A stretch of 37,945 nt of DNA from a virus (taxonomy: Duplodnaviria > Caudoviricetes). The position numbers were made by a program, and so were the translations under genes. The notes below the pieces were generated by a model. That model was not told the DNA's origin, did not search any database, and saw nothing but the letters and a program-made list of their open reading frames with translations. Shown in pieces: positions 17,312-24,223 of this stretch; position 1 is the stretch's first letter, and every line of letters begins with the position of its first letter. The DNA lies in IMG/VR virus record IMGVR_UViG_3300032116_000579, positions 1-37,945 of that record. One strand, written 5' to 3'.

Positions 17312-17553
17312 AAGAACTCGGTGACCTGCTGCTGAGCAAGCACCGCGACTACGGCCCAAAGAATATCTCTGACTCACCTGGTGGCCCGCTTAACGGGCTG
17401 CGTGTACGTATGCACGACAAGACTGCACGGATTAACAACCTGATTGATAATGGTGGGACAGCGCAGCACGAACCCCTAGAAGATTCATTCAAGGACCTAG
17501 CGAACTATGGTATAATTGCCCTATTGGTACTGCGAGGAAAGTGGGATAGATGA
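17188..17553 (+). CDS. DUF1599 / nucleotide-modification-associated domain protein (start 17188 or 17308)
   Basis: KHRDYG...RMHDKTARI...EDSFKDLANYGII. Confidence 0.75.
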   Translation: MADYNPSGRPRAEREELYNRRPDLKRFVGDSDFEQAVWDTMKELGDLLLSKHRDYGPKNISDSPGGPLNGLRVRMHDKTARINNLIDNGGTAQHEPLEDSFKDLANYGIIALLVLRGKWDR

Positions 17554-17936
17554 AAGAGCAGGAACTTTTTGACTGGCTTAAGACAGAAAAGTTCCCCGAC
17601 CTTGTTCACTCCCCAGAAATCTTTGATGGCTTTGACTGTACTTCGGCAGAGCACAAGATGTTTATTGAACTTAAGTCAAGGAAGACGCACTACCCTGAAC
17701 TTTTGATTGAGAAGATGAAGTATGACTTTCTCCTGCAAGAAGCAGAGAAGTTAGGCTATGAACCTTGGTATGTTAATTACACACCAGAAGGTATCTGGGC
17801 TTTCGGTCTTAAGAAACAACCAGAGATTACTTGGGCTGAGAAGTGGCTTCCATCTACAACTGAGTTTGTTAATAAGAATAATAAGATGAAGGTCGTTGGC
17901 TTCCTCCATATAAATAACGGAGTGAAAATAAAATGA
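17550..17936 (+). CDS. PD-(D/E)XK nuclease-like protein
   Basis: FD...IELKSR motif. Confidence 0.6.
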   Translation: MKEQELFDWLKTEKFPDLVHSPEIFDGFDCTSAEHKMFIELKSRKTHYPELLIEKMKYDFLLQEAEKLGYEPWYVNYTPEGIWAFGLKKQPEITWAEKWLPSTTEFVNKNNKMKVVGFLHINNGVKIK

Positions 17937-18589
17937 TTGAGTGGGAGCGCATTGAACCTTGGCAGTATGTGGTTGATACTGTTGCAAAAGAATACAAGAA
18001 GCGTTTTCATATGGTTGAGATTGAAGACATCCGCCAGACTTTGTATGAGTGGTTTGCTGAGCACCCTAATAAACTTACCGCTTGGGAAGAGATGGGTAAT
18101 CGAAGTGCGAAGAACCTTATCTATCGCAGTCTTCGTAACCAAGCACTCGACTATTGCCAAGAATGGAAGGCCAACTCTTCTGGCTACGAGACAAGTGATT
18201 TGTTCTACTATGAATCTGATTTAGTTGAAGCCTTGCTTCCTTCTGTCTTAAGAGGTGAGAAGAATATTACTCACAAGTTAGACCTCGGCAGAATTAGTGG
18301 TGGCTCTGCGCCCTCTGAAGGTGGCAACCTACAAGCGATGATGATTGAAGTTGAGTCTGCCTATCACAAGTTAGCCAAGGAAGATAAGCAAGTACTGTTC
18401 CTTCGCTACGCTGAGTCAATGGACTATGAAGCAATCGGTAAAGAGTTAGACCTTGGTAGTGAAGACGCTGTTCGTATGCGTAACAATAGAATCTTGCGTC
18501 GCTTGATTCAAAAGATTGGTGGCTTTAAACCATTCTATGATAGGGATGATGTGCCAGTCGCCTCTGAAGAATCTTCTTTAGAGTCATAG
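17933..18589 (+). CDS. Phage sigma-70-family (ECF-like) sigma factor
   Basis: Region 2-like EDIRQ...RNQALDY; region 4 L...KQVLFLRY....YEAIGKEL......VR. Confidence 0.8.
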   Translation: MIEWERIEPWQYVVDTVAKEYKKRFHMVEIEDIRQTLYEWFAEHPNKLTAWEEMGNRSAKNLIYRSLRNQALDYCQEWKANSSGYETSDLFYYESDLVEALLPSVLRGEKNITHKLDLGRISGGSAPSEGGNLQAMMIEVESAYHKLAKEDKQVLFLRYAESMDYEAIGKELDLGSEDAVRMRNNRILRRLIQKIGGFKPFYDRDDVPVASEESSLES

Positions 18590-18690
18590 TTAATCTCTGC
18601 TGGGTCTACCCATAAATCTTCTGGGTAATCCTTATCTAACTCTGCGTGATGTAACTCGATAACTTCTTTCCAACTTTGTACTGTATTCAT
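18535..18690 (-). CDS. Small acidic hypothetical protein
   Basis: Start at MNTVQSW with GGAGG RBS; overlaps the convergent sigma gene end. Confidence 0.55.
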   Translation of the reverse strand: MNTVQSWKEVIELHHAELDKDYPEDLWVDPAEINYDSKEDSSEATGTSSLS

Positions 18691-18691
18691 T

Positions 18692-18859
18692 CTATCCTCC
18701 TGTTGAGTAGAAACCGCTACCATTAAATTTAACTGCTGGTGCTGACCATACACGACTCATTGTAGTTTGGCAACAGATTGGTTCGGTGCTGTCACCATAC
18801 GCCCTCTGTACTTCTTGAGTCCCGCCACATTGGTTGCACTTGTATTCATATGTTGGCAT
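18692..18859 (-). CDS. FmdB-family zinc ribbon protein
   Basis: Read manually: MPTYEYKCNQCG...CCQTTMSRV...FNGSGFYST. Confidence 0.85.
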   Translation of the reverse strand: MPTYEYKCNQCGGTQEVQRAYGDSTEPICCQTTMSRVWSAPAVKFNGSGFYSTGG

Positions 18860-19035
18860 TATATCTCTCCGTCTATCGGTGTTGGTGCTGTACTAATTGA
18901 ACCACAGTCTTTGCACTTCTGTCTTAAGTCATACCAACCAATTGTTCTATCCTCTTGGTCCCACATCACAGTAATCTCAAACATCAAGCACCCGCAGATA
19001 CAGGCCATAGTTGGTTCACCACTTAAGTCGAACAT
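18859..19035 (-). CDS. Small Cys-rich protein (58 aa)
   Basis: Read manually: MFDLSGEPTMACICG...CKDCG...PTP; TAATG coupling. Confidence 0.75.
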   Translation of the reverse strand: MFDLSGEPTMACICGCLMFEITVMWDQEDRTIGWYDLRQKCKDCGSISTAPTPIDGEI

Positions 19036-19443
19036 TTAATACCAGTTCTTTCGCTGAGAATGTTTCCACGCTTTGCAAGGTGTTCCGTAGCGGTGCTCGA
19101 TATAGCGGTAGGCCCTGAGTATCTGTATTGCTGGGTCTTTGCTTTTCTCGTTGAGCATTTGCGCTATGCCGAACGCACTACTTCCTTGCATATTCTTGGC
19201 TAAATGGTCGAACCTGCTTTCCTTGGTGAAGAGCAAGGTAATACATTTGCGCTGGGTCTTATCCCAATCCCAGCCCACTTGGGCAAATCGCATAGCCAAG
19301 GCTTTGTTCTGCTGCTTATCTTCCCACGTTGCTTTAGTCTTAAGACGTGGCTTTATCTGCACATCTACCGTAACTGTGTGGGTTATTGGTGCAAGGGAAG
19401 CAAGCAGAACAAGTCCGATGACCACGATTACTCGTTTTTTCAT
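19036..19443 (-). CDS. Exported lytic-transglycosylase-like protein
   Basis: Signal/TM N-terminus; KES..AKN..SSAFGIAQ..YIEHRYG.PC.AW...NWY. Confidence 0.8.
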   Translation of the reverse strand: MKKRVIVVIGLVLLASLAPITHTVTVDVQIKPRLKTKATWEDKQQNKALAMRFAQVGWDWDKTQRKCITLLFTKESRFDHLAKNMQGSSAFGIAQMLNEKSKDPAIQILRAYRYIEHRYGTPCKAWKHSQRKNWY

Positions 19444-19784
19444 ACACTAATTCTAGCAATTATCTTTCTAACGTCACGTCTATGACGCTGCTCGTGTCGC
19501 ACAGAATTGTGTGTGTGCTTGAGGCCAGCCAGCAACGCACGCTCACCAGTCAGTAGCCCGCCCCAGATTGAGCCCACTCCGCCCACACTTATAATGTTTT
19601 CCTGTTCTAAACCTTGCTGTAAACATTGGGCTTTGACTGGGCAGTCGTGGCATATCTCAATCGCTTCTACACTTCTTAAGACATAAAGTCTTTGCTCATC
19701 TACCAGCGTTGAGTTTTCGTAGTGCCATAAGTCTGGGTCTGGGTGTCCGTTGCAGAGCCCCTCTGCGTGCCACGTGCGGTTCAT
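19440..19784 (-). CDS. whiB: WhiB-family Fe-S transcription factor
   Basis: W....LC...ICHDCPV...C...IWGG...ER. Confidence 0.9.
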   Translation of the reverse strand: MNRTWHAEGLCNGHPDPDLWHYENSTLVDEQRLYVLRSVEAIEICHDCPVKAQCLQQGLEQENIISVGGVGSIWGGLLTGERALLAGLKHTHNSVRHEQRHRRDVRKIIARISV

Positions 19785-20002
19785 TTGACCTCGCTTAAGT
19801 GTACGACTGGCAGTACTGAGACAGCCTTGCCGTAGTCAATGTCTTCAAACTGAATGACCGAATAACTTTGCCGTTCATACAGCCATTCATCTTGCTCTTC
19901 TGCCTTAAGACTGTCCCAATTCTTTGGAAGGTCTTGGTCTTCAATGAACACGTTGATTACACGTGTGCCTGAGATTTCATAACTGACTCTAAACTGTTTC
20001 AT
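19781..20002 (-). CDS. Hypothetical protein
   Basis: AAGGAG RBS; ATGA overlap. Confidence 0.7.
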   Translation of the reverse strand: MKQFRVSYEISGTRVINVFIEDQDLPKNWDSLKAEEQDEWLYERQSYSVIQFEDIDYGKAVSVLPVVHLSEVK

Positions 20003-20012
20003 AATTATCTCC

Positions 20013-20165
20013 TTAGTCCCATTTGTAAACTACTTCGTTCCAACACCCGCACGTCGTACAAGTAAACCAGTACGTTCCATTACGGTCTTCCCATTCTTCG
20101 TTCTCTGCTTCGCATACTACGTCGCCCTCTGGCATTGCCTCACATAGAACTACATACTTAGCCAT
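20013..20165 (-). CDS. Small Cys-rich protein (50 aa)
   Basis: Read manually: MAKYVVLC...FTCTTCG; CTTAAGACGGGAG box upstream. Confidence 0.7.
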   Translation of the reverse strand: MAKYVVLCEAMPEGDVVCEAENEEWEDRNGTYWFTCTTCGCWNEVVYKWD

Positions 20166-20193
20166 TGCTTTCTCCCGTCTTAAGTCGTTAGTC

Positions 20194-20520
20194 TTATCCG
20201 TAAATTACTTTGCCGAACATTGCAACCTGTAGCACAGCGTCAGCGCATATCGAATCATACTTATCGAAATTAAACAAGTCCATATAGACCTGTTGATTAG
20301 CAATCGGTAGAGCCTTGGCTAAATCTTCAATGCCAAGAATCTTTGTGACCATACTTCCGTCTTCGTCTTCGCCCGTGACTTCAATTTGTCCAACGGTTTC
20401 CCAGTCTGCGTCGCCTAGATACTCCGCCTCTGTAAAGTGGTCACCGAAAGAGAACGGGCTTGACCCGAATACGGTACTCCATAATTCTTTTTCATCTACT
20501 TCGAACTCAATCTTAATCAT
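20194..20520 (-). CDS. Hypothetical acidic protein
   Basis: 108 aa; conserved box upstream; ends DAVLQVAMFGKVIYG. Confidence 0.8.
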   Translation of the reverse strand: MIKIEFEVDEKELWSTVFGSSPFSFGDHFTEAEYLGDADWETVGQIEVTGEDEDGSMVTKILGIEDLAKALPIANQQVYMDLFNFDKYDSICADAVLQVAMFGKVIYG

Positions 20521-20687
20521 TTGTTTTCTCCTGTCTTAAGACATTCTTGTATTGTTCCCCAGCAGTAGCCTTCGCCCTGCACATACCAAATATGGTTGAT
20601 GACTTGGTACCCTGCCCATAGTAGTAGCAAGGTAAGTGTGATGAGCGAGAAGAACATAAAGGCCTCGCCCCTTGGTGTTAATTTCAT
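20517..20687 (-). CDS. Small membrane protein (MKLTPRG..., 56 aa)
   Basis: Read manually; one TM segment; ATGA overlaps at both ends. Confidence 0.7.
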   Translation of the reverse strand: MKLTPRGEAFMFFSLITLTLLLLWAGYQVINHIWYVQGEGYCWGTIQECLKTGENK

Positions 20688-20827
20688 AATAAAAGTCCCA
20701 TCATTTTGTTAGTTTTAATTGCTCGGTCTGTATCACAATCGTCGCATAACCAACTATCTTTGTCAAGATTATTCCACCATTGTGGAGATTTTATTTCCCA
20801 ACCGCAGTCTTTACATATGGATTTCAT
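20684..20827 (-). CDS. Small zinc-finger protein (47 aa)
   Basis: MKSICKDCG...LCDDC; AGGAGG RBS. Confidence 0.7.
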   Translation of the reverse strand: MKSICKDCGWEIKSPQWWNNLDKDSWLCDDCDTDRAIKTNKMMGLLL

Positions 20828-21056
20828 TTTCGTAAACCTCCTTTTGTGCGGGTAAACATTCGACGCACCAAGCGAAATAGTGCCAGCGAACGTTGCCTTC
20901 TTTGTCAGCCCAGACAATATCGTCTTCTTCGTAATCGGTCAAGCATTTATAACACGTGTACATTCGTGGCATTGCTTGCCCATTTGTAAACGAGGCAAGA
21001 AAGGCTGCGCTATTTATGAGCGATGACCAATCCACGTGCTCGGAACTATTTTCCAT
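20811..21056 (-). CDS. Small zinc-finger protein
   Basis: CYKC...CVEC; conserved box upstream. Confidence 0.7.
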   Translation of the reverse strand: MENSSEHVDWSSLINSAAFLASFTNGQAMPRMYTCYKCLTDYEEDDIVWADKEGNVRWHYFAWCVECLPAQKEVYENEIHM

Positions 21057-21070
21057 TTGTTTCTCCTGTC

Positions 21071-21298
21071 TTAAGCCGTAAGTTGATTCTGTAGGTCCAG
21101 TATATTTGAAATAGTTTCGGCTACTTCTTGCTCTCTTCCCACGAAATTGCCGTCACCTGCGTAGCCAAATTCCCAAGTCTTTGTTTCTGTGTCGTAAATT
21201 GTGCCGTTTGGGAACGCGCTTTCCTCGCTTTCATAATCTACACTCCAGCGATTTGTTTCTTCGTCGAACATAATCACGAACTGATATTGTTTAGCCAT
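21071..21298 (-). CDS. Hypothetical protein
   Basis: 75 aa; conserved box upstream. Confidence 0.75.
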   Translation of the reverse strand: MAKQYQFVIMFDEETNRWSVDYESEESAFPNGTIYDTETKTWEFGYAGDGNFVGREQEVAETISNILDLQNQLTA

Positions 21299-21458
21299 TT
21301 AGTTTTTCTCCTGTCTTAAGTGGTAATTGTGTGGTAACTTTTGCGCCAAGGTATACGTTTGTTGGGTCTGACTTCAGTAATTGCTCGGCTGTCTCTCTGT
21401 CGTAAAGGCCTCTAAACTTACGGCCCCAAGGGTCTACCCCTCCGATGATGTATAGCAT
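21291..21458 (-). CDS. Small hypothetical protein (MLYIIGGVDPWG..., 55 aa)
   Basis: Read manually; conserved box upstream. Confidence 0.7.
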   Translation of the reverse strand: MLYIIGGVDPWGRKFRGLYDRETAEQLLKSDPTNVYLGAKVTTQLPLKTGEKLNG

Positions 21459-21481
21459 TTATATTCTCCTGTCTTAAGTGG

Positions 21482-21607
21482 TTAGTCTAGGTTTGTGTCG
21501 TAACTTACGCCACAGTTTGGGCAATCGTGCTCGGCTAACTTCTGCGCCCCGTAAGGTTGAATTGTTACCGTCGCCATTGCGTCACAGTCATCGCATTGAA
21601 TCTGCAT
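21482..21607 (-). CDS. Small zinc-finger protein (41 aa)
   Basis: Read manually: MQIQCDDC...CPNCG. Confidence 0.7.
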   Translation of the reverse strand: MQIQCDDCDAMATVTIQPYGAQKLAEHDCPNCGVSYDTNLD

Positions 21608-21733
21608 TTACTTGCTCCAGCCTGTTAATAGTTGCTCGGTTATGCAACTTGAACACGCCTGAATTACTTGCCCTGCTTTATCAACGGTGAAAGTGTTGCG
21701 CTTTTTGTTACACTCTGTGCATTTCTGTTTCAT
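21608..21733 (-). CDS. Small zinc-finger protein (41 aa)
   Basis: MKQKCTEC...CSSC; GACAGGAGG RBS. Confidence 0.7.
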   Translation of the reverse strand: MKQKCTECNKKRNTFTVDKAGQVIQACSSCITEQLLTGWSK

Positions 21734-21775
21734 TCTGTTGCCTCCTGTCGGCGGGCTACCTTGCTCCGCTTCGAC

Positions 21776-21825
21776 GTGCCCCGCTAGTGTCTCGCACACT
21801 TCGCCCCCTGTCAAGGGTGCGGGGC
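21776..21825 (-). ncRNA. tRNA-like mini-element D
   Basis: GCCCCGC/GCGGGGC stem, CCCT-TGAC-AGGG hairpin, AGTG-TGCGAGA-CACT arm, then AC. Confidence 0.7.
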
Positions 21826-21846
21826 TGTCTATCTCTAGACTTTTTT

Positions 21847-21975
21847 CTATGCCTTAAGACTTAACTTCTTAAGTAGCGCGTCAATCTTTGCCTGTCTCCC
21901 GTCTCCCCATTTCCCTACGGTGTCGTTTCGTAGTGCCGACTTAATGAGCAAGAGTTCTTGTTCTGTAAGTTCCAT
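21847..21975 (-). CDS. Small hypothetical protein (MELTEQELLLIK..., 42 aa)
   Basis: Read manually; TAATG coupling. Confidence 0.65.
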   Translation of the reverse strand: MELTEQELLLIKSALRNDTVGKWGDGRQAKIDALLKKLSLKA

Positions 21976-22199
21976 TACTTGCCCGCCTCTACAGATTCGC
22001 CCCACTTTTTAAGTCTCTTGTACTCGCTTGGCTTTACGTGAATGGTTGGGGTCTCGCCGTCATCGTAGCCCTTAATCGCTGCGCTGCCCTCGTAGCCCTC
22101 CTCAATCCAGCCCAAGACCTGCCCCGCTGCCGTCGTTCTTAGCCAACCCCTGCGAGGGTTGCCGTTCGTGTCGTTTACTGTTGCGATTCTTACTAACAT
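21975..22199 (-). CDS. Hypothetical protein
   Basis: 74 aa (NDTNGNPRR); conserved box upstream. Confidence 0.75.
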   Translation of the reverse strand: MLVRIATVNDTNGNPRRGWLRTTAAGQVLGWIEEGYEGSAAIKGYDDGETPTIHVKPSEYKRLKKWGESVEAGK

Positions 22200-22244
22200 T
22201 TCTTTTCTCCTGTCTTAAGTCGGGAAGACTTTCTCCCCTAACTT

Positions 22245-22291
22245 GTGCCTTGCTAGGTCGTGAACCTGTGCCGACTATATCGGGGCAAGGC
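22245..22291 (-). ncRNA. tRNA-like mini-element C
   Basis: GCCTTGC/GCAAGGC stem, CCGA-TATAG-TCGG hairpin, AGG-TTCACGA-CCT arm, then AC. Confidence 0.7.
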
Positions 22292-22299
22292 GGGGCTGT

Positions 22300-22470
22300 C
22301 TAGCCCTTGAAGTTAATGTCTACGATTTCAACCTTGGCGACGTGCTCAATGTCTAAGGTCCCTTGAATGACCGCGTTTACCTTGTCCCAGCCGTAGGCCT
22401 CATAAGCGGGGAAAGACTCTCGGCCTTGCTTGTCTGTAACTTTGAGCGCGATTCCTGTAGGTGTTGCCAT
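22300..22470 (-). CDS. Small hypothetical protein (MATPTGIALKV..., 56 aa)
   Basis: Read manually; conserved box upstream. Confidence 0.75.
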   Translation of the reverse strand: MATPTGIALKVTDKQGRESFPAYEAYGWDKVNAVIQGTLDIEHVAKVEIVDINFKG

Positions 22471-22520
22471 TTCTTTTTTCTCCTGTCTTAAGTCATAAGG
22501 TGAGAACTTCCCGCCTTACC

Positions 22521-22567
22521 GCGCCCCCGCTAGGTCTTGAACCTGCGCCCGCTTAAGGTGCGGGGGC
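22521..22567 (-). ncRNA. tRNA-like mini-element B
   Basis: GCCCCCGC/GCGGGGGC stem, short hairpin, AGG-TTCAAGA-CCT arm, then GC. Confidence 0.7.
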
Positions 22568-22574
22568 TGTGTTG

Positions 22575-22769
22575 CTATCCTCTGACTTTCTCCCCGCTTG
22601 GCAGGTGGATGGTGTAAGGGGTGTCCACGTCTAGGGTCTTTATCTCTGCAATGTAAGCGCGGTGAAATTCTGCAAACCGCATAAACTGTGAGAAACTTTC
22701 GAATTCCACAATTTTATTATATCCGTCGCCCTCGCGCTCGTCACGCTTTACGATGTAGAACTTAAGCAT
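22575..22769 (-). CDS. Hypothetical protein
   Basis: 64 aa; conserved box upstream. Confidence 0.75.
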   Translation of the reverse strand: MLKFYIVKRDEREGDGYNKIVEFESFSQFMRFAEFHRAYIAEIKTLDVDTPYTIHLPSGEKVRG

Positions 22770-22811
22770 TTTTTTCTCCTGTCTTAAGACTTGGCCTAGT
22801 TGCCTCGTCTA

Positions 22812-22860
22812 GTGCCCCCGTCAGGTCTTGCACCTGTCGCCCTCTGTGAGGGGCGGGGGC
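22812..22860 (-). ncRNA. tRNA-like mini-element A
   Basis: GCCCCCG/CGGGGGC stem, CCCTC-ACA-GAGGG hairpin, CAGG-TGCAAGA-CCTG arm, then AC. Confidence 0.7.
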
Positions 22861-22866
22861 TGCCCG

Positions 22867-23493
22867 CTATTCTTGAATCTCGAACTCTTGCTCGCAATTC
22901 TGGCACTTAGGGGCGCACAATTCGAACACCTTACGACTTAAGCGGATTTTTGCGTCACAGGCGCAGATTGCCACGAGGTTATTCTTATCGCGCCCTTTCT
23001 TGCCTGCTGCCTGCTCGGTGTCGGCTGTGAGGGCTAGGGCTGCCTCAATGAGTGCCAAGGCCTCGCCCCATCGCTCCGCGCATTCGTCGCTAACCTCGGT
23101 ATTTGACCAGCCTATGCGCTTGGCCTGTGTGATTGTGAGGCCTAGGGCCTCGGCTGTCGCCTTGAATTTCTTGTTGTGATACCCGTCACCCGTTACACCT
23201 TGGATTCCATTCTGTAGGTCTAGGCTGTGCGCTGTCTCGTGTAGCAATGTGCCAAGGATTGCGCGGGCACCGCGTGAGAAATATTCCGCCGAGACCATAA
23301 TCTCGTGAAATGAATCCTCACCAGAAACCCAAGGGCGGGCGTGAGTGAAGTGCCCCATCGTGTTACCTGTCTTGCGTGTCACTAGAATAGTGGCGCGGGG
23401 TGCGCCTGTCTTCTCTTGGATTAAGGCGTGTGCAGATTCTAGGGCCTCGGTGATTATTGAAAGATTCTCGGTCTTTTTTGTTGTTGTTTGCAT
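22867..23493 (-). CDS. SprT-like zinc metalloprotease (208 aa)
   Basis: GHF, TLLHETAH (HExxH), YHNKKF, C-terminal CxC...CxxC; start re-called at MQTTT with GACAGGAG RBS. Confidence 0.85.
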   Translation of the reverse strand: MQTTTKKTENLSIITEALESAHALIQEKTGAPRATILVTRKTGNTMGHFTHARPWVSGEDSFHEIMVSAEYFSRGARAILGTLLHETAHSLDLQNGIQGVTGDGYHNKKFKATAEALGLTITQAKRIGWSNTEVSDECAERWGEALALIEAALALTADTEQAAGKKGRDKNNLVAICACDAKIRLSRKVFELCAPKCQNCEQEFEIQE

Positions 23494-23537
23494 TTCTTTC
23501 TTCTCCTGTCTTGTGGGGATTTCTCCCTTGTGTCTTA

Positions 23538-23567
23538 AGGGTAATGCCTCACGCCTTAAGGTGTCAA
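23538..23567 (-). promoter_or_regulatory. Host sigma-A-type early promoter
   Basis: TTGACA-N18-TACCCT ~45 nt above the first early gene; two CTTAAG sites overlap it (23534, 23555). Confidence 0.65.
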
Positions 23568-23621
23568 GCCTATTTGCAAAAAATCTTTTAAATGACTGGT
23601 CAAAGATTTTGGGGCAATCTG

Positions 23622-23637
23622 TCGAACAGGTGTTCGA
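23622..23637. promoter_or_regulatory. Actinobacterial LexA (SOS) box
   Basis: TCGAAC-AGGT-GTTCGA, an exact match to TCGAAC-N4-GTTCGA. Confidence 0.75.
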
Positions 23638-24083
23638 ACAGGTGCCCTCTGTCTTCCCCGTAATAGTTGAAGATTCAACTAGATTTCTGACCGACATCAC
23701 CCCCCCAATATCTGCAGGGCAGACAGTCACCCCAACCCTAAAAGGGTTTGCGGTCTCAATCCTTGCCAAGATATTCACATTCTTAAAAGAATTCCAGACT
23801 TTAAGTCTAGTTAAGTCTTAAGAAGTAAGGCCAAGAAATAACAGTAACCCTAAGGTAGACCTTGAGAGTCTGCAGGCCACGAAAACCTGCGAAGGTTTGA
23901 GGGGGCGTTGATTAAATCTGTCGCTATTATATTATATATGGTCCCATTCTAAATATCTGTTATATTGTTACCCCCCTTCTGAACTGGGGTTTTATCCCCA
24001 GAGGGCAACTTTTTACCACTTAAGTAATAAATCTTGCGAACCTTACGTTCGCTTTTACGATTTGAACGGGTCTTCTATAGATG

Positions 24084-24163
24084 TAAAGATTATATATAAT
24101 CTTTAACGGAGTTGCCTCCGTTTGCTCTACGGCAACTCCTTAATATATATAATATATATATAA
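24084..24163. repeat. Perfect 22-bp palindrome plus GC hairpin with AT-rich arms
   Basis: TAAAGATTATATATAATCTTTA (24084-24105); GGAGTTGCC/GGCAACTCC (24108-24139); TATATA tract. Confidence 0.8.
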
Positions 24164-24223
24164 CTAATAGAATTTATGGGATAGGTCTACCGTTAATTGG
24201 GTAGTGTTAATATACCGATTGGA

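Larger units (their letters stand above)
20171..22788 (-). repeat. Dispersed CTTAAGAC(A/G)GGAG operator/RBS box before early genes
   Basis: Copies with CTTAAG at 20179, 20535, 21070, 21315, 21473, 22214, 22487, 22783; one on the + strand at 14637. Confidence 0.9.

Noticed and set aside
21734-21814. N-terminal extension of ORF 21608..21814
   Set aside because: Overlaps tRNA-like element D; the RBS supports a start at 21733.
21740-22866. CRISPR array or simple terminators
   Set aside because: Repeats conserve structure rather than sequence, are separated by whole genes, and lack U-tracts; the Cas4-like gene is an ordinary phage exonuclease family member.
23494-23778. 95-aa N-terminal extension of the SprT-like ORF
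   Set aside because: Runs through the promoter and SOS box; the strong conserved RBS marks ATG 23493.
24036-24052. Second SOS box
   Set aside because: GCGAAC-N5-GTTCGC has a 5-nt rather than 4-nt spacer.
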